From Schizochytrium sp. TIO01 (taxonomy: Eukaryota; Protista; Bigyra: Labyrinthulomycetes), in NCBI GenBank assembly GCA_004764695.1, contig SMSO01000034.1:4712001-4776000 (forward strand): 64,000 bases of DNA. The letters are read 5' to 3'. How positions within the stretch are numbered: the stretch's first letter is position 1; every line of letters starts with the position of its first letter. Positions 1 to 11,786 of this stretch are shown here, in pieces. The notes beneath the pieces were generated by a model. The model was not told the origin of the DNA, did not search any database, and saw only the letters and a program-made list of their open reading frames with translations. A program made the translations under genes and the position numbers.

Positions 1-153
1 GAACCTGGGCAAGTGCAGGTTGTCTTGGAGACGCTATCGCTCCAGGAATCGCTTGCTGACGGTGTTTGGTCTTGGGACACAGCTCAATAAGGGTCGAGGA
101 CCACAGCTTTGCTGATTGTGTGGGGAGTCCTCGGTCTGCGGTCTTGTAAAAGA

Positions 154-1077
154 ATGAGGAAGTCAGGCAAGTCTGGTGGCACGCTGTCAACGGCCTATGC
201 GGTCGTAGGGTACATGGCGTGCTCTGCTGGCATGCTCTTGGTGAATAAACTTGCCGTGCATCACCTTCCGACGCCAGGATTCGTGCTCTTGTGTCAACTC
301 GCGGCTTCTGCGGTCTTCACATGGGGTGCTGGAAAGTTGGGCTACATTGAGGTTGATCCACTGTCCATGGAAAAGGTCAGACAATTCTGGCTTGTACCTG
401 TCGCGTTTCTGCTCACTGTCTTTGCAAACATCAAGATCCTGCAGTATTCCAATGTGGAGACCTTCATCACCTTTCGTGCCTCAACGCCCCTCATTATTTC
501 CGTTTTGGACTGGCTTCTACTGGGCCGGGAACTGCCATCGCGCAAGTCCCTTGTTTGCTTACTTGGCCTCTTGGTGGGCGCATTGCTTTACTTGAACTTT
601 GAGAAGGGTCAAATGACTGCGAACTCCTACTTTTGGGTTATCGTGTGGTACTGTGTATTTGTGTTTGACCAAATTTTTATCAAGCACGTTACCAACACCG
701 TGGAAATGACTACTTGGGGCCGTGTATACTACACGAATGCTCTGCCAGTGATCCCACTGTTTTTTATTATGTACTATACCGGGGAATTCGAGAAGCTTTC
801 CTCTATGGAGCTTGGTTTTGTGTCACAATTCTGGCTGTTCCTAAGTTGCGCGTGCGGAGTGGCCATCTCTTACTATGCATTTCTGTGTCGTGCCGCTGTC
901 TCTGCAACTTCTTTTACTGTGTTAGGCAACACTTGCAAGGTCATTACTGTTACGCTCAATATCCTAGTATGGGACAACCATGCTACCCCGGAAGGTGTCA
1001 TGTCACTTTTCATGTGCCTTGTGTGCGCATATTTCTACGACCAGGCTCCTATCCGCCAACGAGGTTTGCCAGAATAA
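154..1077 (+). CDS. Golgi nucleotide-sugar transporter (GDP-mannose/GDP-fucose transporter-like, SLC35/GONST family)
   Basis: About 10 hydrophobic segments; motifs LLVNKLA, SNVETFITFR, WGRVYYTN, SATSFTVLGNTCK (GxxxK nucleotide-sugar motif). First ATG at 154; the ORF track starts upstream at a TTG. Confidence 0.85.
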   Translation: MRKSGKSGGTLSTAYAVVGYMACSAGMLLVNKLAVHHLPTPGFVLLCQLAASAVFTWGAGKLGYIEVDPLSMEKVRQFWLVPVAFLLTVFANIKILQYSNVETFITFRASTPLIISVLDWLLLGRELPSRKSLVCLLGLLVGALLYLNFEKGQMTANSYFWVIVWYCVFVFDQIFIKHVTNTVEMTTWGRVYYTNALPVIPLFFIMYYTGEFEKLSSMELGFVSQFWLFLSCACGVAISYYAFLCRAAVSATSFTVLGNTCKVITVTLNILVWDNHATPEGVMSLFMCLVCAYFYDQAPIRQRGLPE

Positions 1078-1665
1078 ATAAATGAAAAAAGACTTCAGGT
1101 CACCCCTACAACCCTTTATAGACTTCATTCAACACAAATGCTGCATATCGTGCTGCAAGCAACATTCAAGAACACATTCTTCCCAAGAAAAGACTGATAC
1201 AACTTGTGTTGTCATACCGAAATTACAATTCTTCATCTGCAACGGTCCATTTAACCGTGAGCTCTCCAAATTATGAACTGTTTTACAGAGTCTTTGTTGT
1301 GTTTGGGCTACGTCAGTGGGCAGTGTTCAACATTAGAAATTAAGAAAAGAAATTATCTTGCATGAAATCATATTTTTATGGTGTAACTTTGGTAGTATAG
1401 ATGAGCCGCAGATGCGTAGCATCTCTTTATCTTGAAATATTCGTCACCTTTTTGCTTGATGCCGCCCTAGTAACATCTGCAGTATGCCTTACTGTGAAAC
1501 AAATGCGAGTTATATCAGTCGTAGCTAGAGAAGTTTACTTGCCTAAATTAGGTCGAGTCATTGATAGATATAATACTCTTGAATGGATTTTTCCCTCTAG
1601 ATGCAACTATACGAGTGGTCACTTTTTTCCATGAATTTGATTGACATATATCGACTATGAAAGCA

Positions 1666-4488
1666 TTACACAACGCGAATGATACCTGTTCGTGAATCAA
1701 AGAGAACTTGGTCGTCCTCGAGAAGTCCATGCACAGCGTTCATGACTTGCTCTTGGGTTACACGTGTGGAGCTCTGTGCGTTTACAGCTGCAGTAAGTGC
1801 GTACGCACGAATGCCTTCGCGAGGAATCAGAGGTAGCACTTCTTGCGCAAGAGCCTCATTCATGGCACGGTCAGTTGCGGCAACACCTGTGGTAATAGCG
1901 TCCATGTCAATGGTACCAGTACGAGGATCGACAGCTGCAGTTTGGGTTGCTACGTGCATAAGACGGAGGGCTTCGTCGACGTTTGCCTCAGTCACAACAT
2001 CGGAAAGTTGCAGCTTAGCATGAGCCTCAGAAAGACGAATGAGGGATTCAAGCTGACGAGGTGTAGCCGAAATGGTCTTTTTGCCATTGCTAAATGATCC
2101 TGCCTGGCGCATCTGCACGTATCCTTGCACAAGCTTGCGAACAGCACTGTTGCTAATCTCCGGAAAACAGGTGCGGCGACAATATGCAATGTATGCTCGA
2201 AGCGTAGTACGGTCTACAACGGCTCCACGGGCAACAGGGTTTCGGAAGTAGAGCTGGACAAGATGGCGTGCAAGGCGACGGTCGGTGGCAGGATCAGGCT
2301 TGTCGAGCACTAGGTAAATAAGATCAAAACGTGAAATGAGCGTGGGCGGAAGTTGAATGTTTTGGACAATTGATAAACGCGGGTTGTAGCGACTTTCCAC
2401 AGGGTTAGCACTTGCAAGAATAGAAGTTCTGGCATTAAGTGTGGCAATAATGCCAGCCTTGGCGATGGAGATTGTTTGCTGTTCCATGCACTCGTGAAGA
2501 ATGGCACGTGTGGAATCACTCATCTTATCAAACTCATCAATACAACACACGCCACGATCACTCAGAACAAGAGCGCCACTTTCGAGAATAAGTTCTTTGG
2601 TATCAGGATCCTTGGTGATGTACGCAGTGAGACCGACAGCACTACTACCCTTTCCTGAAGTGTAGATACCACGTGGCGCAAGCTTATGGGCGTAACCAAG
2701 AATCTGTGATTTGGATGTACCAGGATCACCGCATAAGAGAACGTTAATTTCTCCACGCGAGCGCATTCGATGAGTTGAGCGCACTTCTCCTGCTTGTTGT
2801 GTGGCTTCCTTATTGGTTCCTCCCATGAGCTGCAAGAGAACCCCCTTTTTGATATCATCGAGCTCCCAAATAGATGGGGCAACTGAGTGTGCAAGCTTGC
2901 TATAAATATCAGGATCCTGTGACATTTGCCGAAAGACAACCTCTTGCTCGTGTTCATCAATGACATCATCGTCGTCGAAACCGCCCTCCCGGCCATTTTC
3001 AGAATCACTATCTGAGTCAGAGTCGTCATCAGAGTCGGTATTTGAGCGATGCTGGGTTTGAGTTTCGGTTTCTGAGTTTGACAAACCTTGCTGTTGACGA
3101 TGCTCGCGACGAATCAGGCGTGCACGCAAGGTCTCAAGGTTTCGGTTCCGTGCCTCAACATTAGCGCCTTTTTGGATGGATCGGAAATGCAAAACATCCA
3201 AAAAGGTCTTGTAAATGGCTTGCGTCGTACGCCGCGTAGCAATTTTGCGTACTGCAGAGGCACGGTAGATAGCTGTGACTTCAACGCGATCACCTGGTTT
3301 AGCTACATCCACAAGGCCATCGTAGGCATACATGGAGATTGTTTGAGGTGTTTCACCCTCAGGGATGTTTTCGGGAGCTTCTTGCAACTTGACCATCTGC
3401 TTGTCACTGAACAAACAAAGATTGTGAATGAGTTGCATCACATTAGGCTTGCCACAGTTGTCACACTTGGATGGTTCTTCAATAACACCACGATCGATAC
3501 TTGCCTCTGCTTCTGCGTTACATAATGTGCATCTGAACTTGGCAGTTTTCATATCTGGAATAACAGGCGAAACACGAACCACCATACCACGAAGAGCAAC
3601 CACCATGTCAATGTCTTCAGGGTCGAGCTGACGCATGCGACTCAATTTGTGAAGATTAAAAGTGCGGACTTGAATGCGCTCACCAGACTCGAGTGTAGGG
3701 TCGTCTGGAAACATTGAAATGAATTGCTGATATACGGCTAGATCCAAGGCAGGGATCATTTCGTTTGGATATTGAATCAATTTCTTGTACAAAAGCAGGT
3801 ACTCTAGCTCAGATGTGTAAAAGTCTTGACAGTCAATATCAATAATGAGCTCTCGTGTCTCGTGAATTTCCTGCAAGCGTCGTCGGTAGTAGTATTCACC
3901 ACGCCGCTGGAATGTGTCTAGGAATCGTCGAAACGACGCAATTGCAGCTTGTACCTGCACCGTAGTACCGTAGATAACGGCCTCTTCACCATCATGTTCG
4001 TCATGATCCACATGCATTGGCGCATTTCCACCATCCTCAAGACCAGCATTGACGTTTGCGTCAGCGCCAGCGCCGGCAAGAACATGAGGACCAAGGCCTT
4101 CTGCTGTTTCTTCTGCTGCAGCTGGGTCAATGTTTTCGTCATCATTCGCATTTGCAGGGTTTCGCAGAGGCATATCTTCGTCTTCGCTATCACTGTCGTC
4201 CATGTTCAAGCGTAAATTGCGATTGACATGCTCTCCACCATCTCTATCACCATTGTCGTTGACGTTATGGTCTATGCCATTATTTGTATTATGCTGGATC
4301 CGATTGCCATCATTGCCACCGGGATTAGAATTGGCATTAGAATTGTCGTTGTCGTTGCTCACGGGACCTTGGTCTCCATCTTCACTGTCAGAGTCCCCAA
4401 GATCGTCACGAGCAGCATTTGCTGCCTCGTCCTCCGAGTCAACATATGTGTGCGTAATCCGCATACGTTCTTCTTCATCGTCCGACAT
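1666..4488 (-). CDS. MCM4: DNA replication licensing factor MCM4
   Basis: VIYGT, C4 zinc finger (CTLC...CDNC), Walker A GDPGTSKSQ (MCM4-type), GKGSSAVGLTAY, Walker B CCIDEFDKM, arginine finger SRFD, TPRQLESLIRLSEAHAK. First ATG at 4488. Confidence 0.95.
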   Translation of the reverse strand: MSDDEEERMRITHTYVDSEDEAANAARDDLGDSDSEDGDQGPVSNDNDNSNANSNPGGNDGNRIQHNTNNGIDHNVNDNGDRDGGEHVNRNLRLNMDDSDSEDEDMPLRNPANANDDENIDPAAAEETAEGLGPHVLAGAGADANVNAGLEDGGNAPMHVDHDEHDGEEAVIYGTTVQVQAAIASFRRFLDTFQRRGEYYYRRRLQEIHETRELIIDIDCQDFYTSELEYLLLYKKLIQYPNEMIPALDLAVYQQFISMFPDDPTLESGERIQVRTFNLHKLSRMRQLDPEDIDMVVALRGMVVRVSPVIPDMKTAKFRCTLCNAEAEASIDRGVIEEPSKCDNCGKPNVMQLIHNLCLFSDKQMVKLQEAPENIPEGETPQTISMYAYDGLVDVAKPGDRVEVTAIYRASAVRKIATRRTTQAIYKTFLDVLHFRSIQKGANVEARNRNLETLRARLIRREHRQQQGLSNSETETQTQHRSNTDSDDDSDSDSDSENGREGGFDDDDVIDEHEQEVVFRQMSQDPDIYSKLAHSVAPSIWELDDIKKGVLLQLMGGTNKEATQQAGEVRSTHRMRSRGEINVLLCGDPGTSKSQILGYAHKLAPRGIYTSGKGSSAVGLTAYITKDPDTKELILESGALVLSDRGVCCIDEFDKMSDSTRAILHECMEQQTISIAKAGIIATLNARTSILASANPVESRYNPRLSIVQNIQLPPTLISRFDLIYLVLDKPDPATDRRLARHLVQLYFRNPVARGAVVDRTTLRAYIAYCRRTCFPEISNSAVRKLVQGYVQMRQAGSFSNGKKTISATPRQLESLIRLSEAHAKLQLSDVVTEANVDEALRLMHVATQTAAVDPRTGTIDMDAITTGVAATDRAMNEALAQEVLPLIPREGIRAYALTAAVNAQSSTRVTQEQVMNAVHGLLEDDQVLFDSRTGIIRVV

Positions 4489-6493
4489 CTTGGTTGGCAC
4501 GATCACCCTCACGCCAAACTCTCAGCTGCGATCGAACAAAGTCTAAACGACCGCTTTCCATTGCAGATTAATTGCATTCTCGTTTTCCAACGCTTCGATG
4601 CTAACCTAACCACCACTACTTTGGAACACCTTCGCACCTGAAAAGAACGAACGTTCTAAATGTAACGTTCTCCGTTCTTTTCGCATCTCAGGGAGCAGGA
4701 GTTTAGGCTGGCATAGCAACTCTTTGGTGTGAAATATGCTTTGAGGGGTTTAGAAAGACCTGTCGCTTGAGTATCAAGATAGAGTTGTTTGCTCTCGAAT
4801 CCTAATGAACCTGATGACAATCATGAAAGACTCTCTTTGTTCGATGGTGGTGTTTGTTTGAGGATAAAGTTTGACACATGGTATGCTTATTATTCTGGAT
4901 GCGTGAATTTGCAGAAAATGGTAACTTACGAGAGGCTGAAGTCTAGAGATTTTGTCCCTCTATTTTATCTGAGATATACATCAGTGGTGTAGGAACCGAC
5001 ATTAGGACAAGCAGTTACGAAGTTTACAGAGCAGCTTGGTGCGGACCAAATCTGGAGTGCAATATCATAAGATGAGAAGGTTAATCTTAACTTTTTGGAG
5101 AGCAGTAGCAGAGGCGAGATGTCTATTCTTTAGTACAATTCTCCTTACGTAGTACCTGCTAAAGTTTAAAGAGATTACATCAATTCTGTGAGCGCAGACG
5201 GGCAGGCTCCTTAAATGTTACTATTAGAGTGTGGAGCACCGTGTTAAGTGAGCAAGTTAGACATGACAGTCCGCAAACTCACGGAGCCTGAGTAAAACTG
5301 CGACACCTCAGCTCTTCAAGCAGTTGGCAAAAGCACCTCAGGTAGTGGTTGCATAAAGAAAGCCGTGCACCCTGTCTAATCTTTGTTCCTGAGCTTTCTT
5401 TCTTAATATATTATTAGATCAGAAAAGGAATGTCAACCTTTCCCTCCCTGGAGTTCTCATTAAAGTTCGCACACATTCAGGTGGCCAAATTGCATGGCCA
5501 GTGGGTAGGTAGGTAGGTAGGAACCTTCTTTCTATGCGCGACTTTTGCCTTGTCTCTGGGGCTGTTATCCTGTACCACTCCAGGGAGTGCATCATTTCTG
5601 CGTTTGCACGCAGGGGGTAGCTTATTGCTTTCAACAGCATTCTTCAACTTGAAACCCTCAGCGTGTAGCATCCGTAAATTGATAGAGAACTTGAAGATGC
5701 CAACGATGCACGCTGGTAAAGCCCAGGATCCTAGTCCACAATAGCTAGGTACTATTCAAACTTAGACAGACAAACTAACCAACTAGGTAAATTTTTTTTA
5801 ATTATAAAATAATATACTATAGTAATAACAGTAGTTATTATTATAATAGATGTTCCAGTTGGTTGTGTAATCAATTTTGTTCCAATTCGATGATCAAAAC
5901 CAGCGCAGCTGCATCGATCACCCAGGGCATCAGTGAATCATGGATGCTATGTACAGCTTTGACAGCGCAATGCGCACAGACTGAATGAATGAAGGAGGGA
6001 AGGGCGTTGACTGGCGGGAACTCTTTCATGAGTTGTCTCAAGAGCACACGGCCTTTAATTGAATTGCATTAATTCCACTCCACTATGGACTTAGTGCCGA
6101 AAAGTGCTGCTCCACTTTACTCGAGTCCATGGATCTGTAAAAGGATTGCTAGAAACAGTGGCTTGCATACCAAATGAACATTTATGATGACCCCAAATCC
6201 ATTTTTCTTGGTTCGCTGGAAACTTGACATATCACAGAGCTCGGCTATTGGGACACCTCATTCCCATATTGGATAACTAACTCCGTGTCTTCGTTGTTTG
6301 CCAACACTTCCGTACGCAATAACGTTTTATGATGCAGGGCTAATCTGATTTCTCTGATGGAGGAGGAGGAGGCCCTTCTTCATCTCGTAAAACTTAGAAT
6401 GAAAGTGTAGCGTTGGACACGTAAAGTGAGACTTGCTAAGTCTATTTCTTTGGTTTGCGGCTAGAAACCAGAAAATTGATACCAAAACTTAAA

Positions 6494-6495
<2 letters not shown>

Positions 6496-6537
<42 letters not shown>
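6496..6537. repeat. (AAT)n microsatellite, about 13-14 units
   Basis: Read directly from the sequence. Confidence 0.95.
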
Positions 6538-7169
6538 GCTTTTTTAATTTAATAAATAAAATTAAAATTAACATAGATAAAAAGTGGATAAGAGTTGTGT
6601 ACCAAAGATGCAAAAGGCCTTTGCAATTATTACCTACTGCTTTTCATTTCCCTCCCCCCTTTACTTTCATCTTTAAAAAACCATAGAACAAAAGAAGCAC
6701 GAAGAAACTATCTCTTGAGAAAGAAACCGAGGCGCTGCAAGCTCCCAAATCTATAAACAGCATGACCGCTACGCTGCTAACGTGGAAGAGATCAAGTCTC
6801 GCTTGCTTTATTGCTCTCGAAGAATGGATGCTAAAGCCAGATTAGAATTCTTAAATTGAAAGTATTCTGACGTCGTACCATAATTTAAAAGTTGAGACAC
6901 TTTCGGGGGTGTTCCTTAGAGCCTCCTATCGATGTCCTACCGATAACTTGGAACAATCAAAAGTAAAAGAACTTTAATTCAATTCTATGTAGGTAGTAGA
7001 TATCTACTACGCACTTATTATGACTCAAAATGATGAAAGAGAAAATAGCGATTTAAAATAAATTTTAAAGGAAGTCTCGATTTTACAGTCAACCAGGGTC
7101 TGCAAACTGCAAATCAAGCCGCGCCGGAGACGAAACTAAGACAAAGGTATCGTCACAAGTCATCTAGCC

Positions 7170-7810
7170 ATGAACGACGGTAAGCAGGTAGCGTACGCCC
7201 AGCCCGTCGGGCAGCCACAGCCTACCTATGCTCAGCCCCAAGTTGCTGTGGACCCGCGCGTAGCTATGCGTGGAGGCGTAAGTTTAGAACTGAGCGAAGA
7301 GTCAGGCAGTTGCAAGGAGCAGCTTTTGAGAGCACCAAAAGGTCTCCACAGCCGCTCTTTTACTAGAACTGCGTGAAATTGGGTACAGGCAACTGCCTTC
7401 ATTTTTGAAAGAGGGGGGATAGAAATCCTTTTGGCATGTAGACTTGAGCAAGACTAACTGAGCTTGCTTTGTTGAGAGCATTTTTCCTGTTGATTCTTAC
7501 ATTCTTGGTGAAACTACAGCAACCTGGTGGCTACTATGAACACGAGAAATACTGTGGAGTGATCTCTCTTCTGATTGGCTTTTGTCTCTTTCCTTGCAGT
7601 AAGTTCGAGCGTAAACAACATGTTTTGGTGTTTGGTTGTTCTTTGGCCAGTGTGAAATGGATAGAAACATAAAACTAATGCTGAGTCATAATTACTGCTA
7701 TTCGTGATATTTGTAACGTAACAACAACCTGTGAAACAGTTTGCTGCTGCCCATGCGATGATCGGGAGGTATACGTGGAGCCCTCTGGTCGTCGTATTGT
7801 CCTTGGGTAA
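7170..7810 (+). CDS. Small Cys-rich membrane protein, paralog A (85 aa; exons 7170-7277, 7520-7598, 7740-7810)
   Basis: Both donors are GTAAGT (7278, 7599), both acceptors are ACAG (ending 7519, 7739), and branch-like ACTAAC/ACTAAT are present. The spliced product MNDGKQVAYAQPVGQPQPTYAQPQVAVDPRVAMRGGQPGGYYEHEKYCGVISLLIGFCLFPCICCCPCDDREVYVEPSGRRIVLG aligns end to end with the intronless paralog at 11787-12008. Confidence 0.9.
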
Positions 7811-7935
7811 GGTTGTGGTGTTGTTCTGCGGCATGTGTTGATTTATTTGAAGAGGCTGTTTCATCAGGAAATCAGCGACGTACCTACAGTAGCTTTCCCA
7901 GAATGTTTCGATTTAAATTCTAAGTTGTTTTGATA

Positions 7936-7966
7936 TACATACATACATACATACATACATACATAC
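7936..7966. repeat. (TACA)n microsatellite in the 3' region of paralog A
   Basis: Read directly from the sequence. Confidence 0.9.
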
Positions 7967-8143
7967 ACATAAATACACTTGTTTGCTACTTTCTTATCTA
8001 GAAAGTCTCGAGTTCATAAGAGACTTAATAGAATCCATTTTCCTTCCAAATGCTTGCTTCGTGGGATATGCACAGAAATAGGAAAGGTTGATTAGATGAA
8101 TATATCTCGCATGTGCACTATTTTTAATATATCTGGCCCCATC

Positions 8144-8285
8144 ATAAGGATCTGCTAATTTCGACCATTAACACACAAGCATTTCAAGTAGTGAACTTCA
8201 ACTAAGCCTCTTGTATAAGGATCTGCTAATTTCGACCATTAACACACAAGCATTTCAAGTAGTGAACTACAACTAAGCCTCTCGT
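8144..8285. repeat. 71-bp tandem duplication (8144-8214 / 8215-8285, 2 mismatches)
   Basis: ataaggatctgctaatttcgaccattaacacacaagcatttcaagtagtgaact(t/a)caactaagcctct(t/c)gt occurs twice. Confidence 0.95.
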
Positions 8286-8683
8286 ATTCGTACGAAAGTC
8301 ACCCTCGACTATTCAAGTACGTGAGTTTTACCCGAGTCAGATTAAATCACATTCTCGTTTCTGGAATCAGCGCATGTGCTCTCAGAATTTATTTCTTTTC
8401 AACTCTTGGAGAACAATTAGAAAGGTTAAAATGAAAGATTTGTAAACTTTAGGGATGAACGAAATCAACGACCTCATTAAGCAATTGTTGTCTGTAAAAG
8501 AATCGTGTCGTATGTATTCGTAGTATTCTCACAAATAACGATCCATTGTTCTGTACAAAGTTTGCCAATTGAAGATTTGCAGGTAAGTGTATGTGGACAG
8601 GCATACAGATACTCTTGATTGTTGCACTGGAAGATAGTGGTCCCTGATAGAAGCTGAGAGTCGTAAATAGTCTCCTCCGTAGC

Positions 8684-9007
8684 CTACTTGCTTAAAATAA
8701 TCCTTCGACCAGCCGGCTCAATGTAGACCTCACGCTCATCACAAGGACAGCATGCCTTGGTTTGGTTAAAAAAAATATCATAAACATAGTTAGCTCTCAA
8801 TTTACAGAGGATGAGCATGATACGCGAATAACTTACAACGCAAGGACACCAAAAAATCAGACCCAGCAGAATCGTTATGATACCACAATACTTTTCATTT
8901 TCATATCTTCCTCCAGGCGCACCTCCTCGCATCGCAACACGAGGATCAACAAACCCCGTTTGGGGCTGGGGTGTTGCTTGCATCACCGGGGCTCCGTTTT
9001 GATTCAT
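8684..9007 (-). CDS. Small Cys-rich membrane protein, paralog B (80 aa spliced; exons 9007-8837, 8755-8684; 81-nt in-frame intron)
   Basis: VDPRVAMRGGAPGG...EKYCGIITILLGLIFWCPCV/ACCPCDEREVYIEPAGRRIIL. The 27-aa insert in the ORF track starts GTAAGT, contains GCTAAC and ends AAG. Confidence 0.9.
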   Translation of the reverse strand: MNQNGAPVMQATPQPQTGFVDPRVAMRGGAPGGRYENEKYCGIITILLGLIFWCPCVVSYSRIMLILCKLRANYVYDIFFNQTKACCPCDEREVYIEPAGRRIILSK

Positions 9008-11786
9008 TCTTCACAAATAGGGCGACACAAATTTCCTGAAAGACTTTAGGCCAAGACGACTTTAATTGGGTTTTGATGATCATATTCTGATGGCTCATCT
9101 TTAATCTCTTATCATGCACGACTGACCAAGAAAGTAGCACGAGGCAGACAATCTTAAATAAAGTGTCCGCGTTGACTTTAACTGCTTAGTATATATGTGA
9201 AAACCCGTTGAACTCAAAATTTAGCTCCAATTGCTTCTGGTTCGGATATGGTGCTTGAAACTCCACTTTACTAACCCATTTATATAATCTACAACTACAT
9301 CTGCCCTCTACGCGAAGCTGGTTTGGGAGTAGGCATCTAAACATTTCATTTCATCTTGGAATTCAGATTATAACTGATTCAAATAGGCATTCTTGCTCCA
9401 TGCCTTGCAACGCTAGAATGCTACGTAGATTCACTAGAAGATCAACCGACCACCGCGCTCTCCTTCCAGACTTCCATACATAGCTGTCATTTCTGCCAAA
9501 CCGACTCGAAGCATGTAAGATTGGTGTATAATATTCCGTTACTTTCCTTTTTTCTTTGTTATGACATGTTAGACCTTGTTGAAGCAGCCGATCTGCCTGA
9601 ACTTAGTAAATTAGCTACTTACTCTCGGTATCAAACAACTCAATTATCCTCAACTGTGCCTCGATACAAAGGGTTGCTCGTTGAATGTTCTCATCGTAGT
9701 TTAAAGAGCTTTTATCCTTTATTTTTTGAGAGCAGCTTTTCATTTTCATGGTTGCTACTATTTAATTTGTAATCTAAAACCATGACTCAAGTATTAGACT
9801 ACCCTGCGGGTGCGTAAATGAGTCTTCTCGGTGGTAAAGTTGATATCAGAGGGATGGGGTCGGCAGGGAGGGTGGGATGTTCTCCCTTTTCATTTCTGTG
9901 TGTCCTGATTATGGGTTTGCTTTTACGGTCATTCTTGATTGACAATAGCTCCCCTTCCTGAGCGTGTTTGACCCACCCTATTTAAACTATCAAGGACCCC
10001 TAGAAAATTGGGAGCTAAACATCAAAACCTCAGCTCAAATTCGCTAGTTTCCTAGGTTCCTAACACACATACTTTTTGAAGTGACAAGGATAAGTAAGAA
10101 GAGTATTGAATTTTACATGTTGGAGAACAAGATACGTTGGCAGGGCCTGAATAAGGATGAATCTCTAAGATCGGGTAATAGCTCAGGAATCAAAAGTGGG
10201 GGCGTTACTGTGCGGGGACTCCTCGTGGGTTGTGTTTTCATTAACATCATTCAGAGCAACTAAATTTCACTTAAACGGAACATATCATAAAATGCTTCAC
10301 AAAGCATTTCTTTGCAAGGAAGTAACATCTAGTTGAACTAGGTGAAATTAGAGGATGTTTTTCAGCTAAACTTGAATTTTTACATACGTATAGCAGAGAA
10401 TGTGCATGCGTTTTTACGAAGGAATACCCCCAGATGTGAACGATACATAGTAATAATCTTCAGGAAGACTGTACACGCGCTTTTGCGAACTTCAAAAGAC
10501 ATTTATTTCGTGTGAGATTCCTTTGCTGTCCTACTGGTCGTTCAATAGTTTGTGTTCTTTGTAGTCATATGTATTTATAGACATATAGACTTTTTATTTT
10601 AATATAACAGCTGAGTGTTTATGTTGCTATATTGAGATATATGTTGTCAATGCATTCTTGCAGATATTTATAAAGGTTGTGCAGGAGGCAGCGATATGTC
10701 AGATAAGCTCGTTGTCCCCTGTATACAGATCCGTTGAGACCTCGTTCGCTAGGACTATCACAAGCTTGCTTTTTCAAATGAGTTAGACCGGGCACGATTG
10801 AGAAAAGTTCTCTTAAGCAGAGCGGAAACAGATGTTGAATTGAGCGCGTATGCACTTGAACTTAAAGGGTTTCGATGTAGCCCTGCATAACAAGTCAATT
10901 GCTAAAGGTTCGACAATATTATATTTTAAAAACAAACTGTTCTTTCCAATTCTTTTAGCGCACGAGAAATTCCTTAGATCCCTCATTGCTTAGAACAACA
11001 TGGTTTCTTGTCGTTATCCAATGCAAACTAAGAGAGACTAGGATAGGAAAACGTGGTCCAATGAATTCGAATATCTTCCTGCATTTTCACATATTGTTCT
11101 GTGTCCCAGTGTGTTTACTCCTTGTTTGACAACATGGTTGGTATGGTACCAAAGTTTTTTCCCGCTTTCAGATACCCTCGTGCGTCAACATAATCCACAA
11201 ATCTGTGCTTGTGAGTTCAACCCACCGTGTGCACAAAGTATGCTCTTAACTGTTCAGCAGCAAATTGGGTCAGTGTATGTGACTCAGGATGAAGCACATT
11301 GGGTGAACCAAGAATAAAAAGTGATATCCAATTTTGAAGGCAAATGCTTACATACATGCTTGTGCTCCACTGCAGAGAATTACAAGGCTGTGTAGACTTC
11401 CCCTATATTTTATATTTATCCGTGTACGCATAGGTTTACATTAAATCTCAAGGGTTTAGTTGCATATTGGTCATGTGGCTAGGTTGAGCTAAATAGGAAG
11501 ATATTCTTATAGTAAATGCCCAAGACGTGGTCTGATATACTTTAAGCAAGAAGAACCATGTAAATTCCAGGGTAAAATTGATATAAAGTAGTTTGCTTAC
11601 TTTACCCAATACATGTTAGTTGTAGTCGTTGGCGAACCGGTTGTCTAAATTCACAAAACGTTGCAAAATGATTCCTAAAATTAGCTAAGTAGGGATAAGA
11701 GCAGATGCACAACACCATTAATTCTTGAAACTATCTTGCAATACATGCATCGCCTTATATAAACAAGAACTTGATGTGTCGTGCAA

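Noticed and set aside
8144-8285. Repeat considered as a CRISPR-like array
   Set aside because: Two directly adjacent copies with no spacers and no cas genes; eukaryotic context. The 25-bp repeat at 18733 also lacks spacers.
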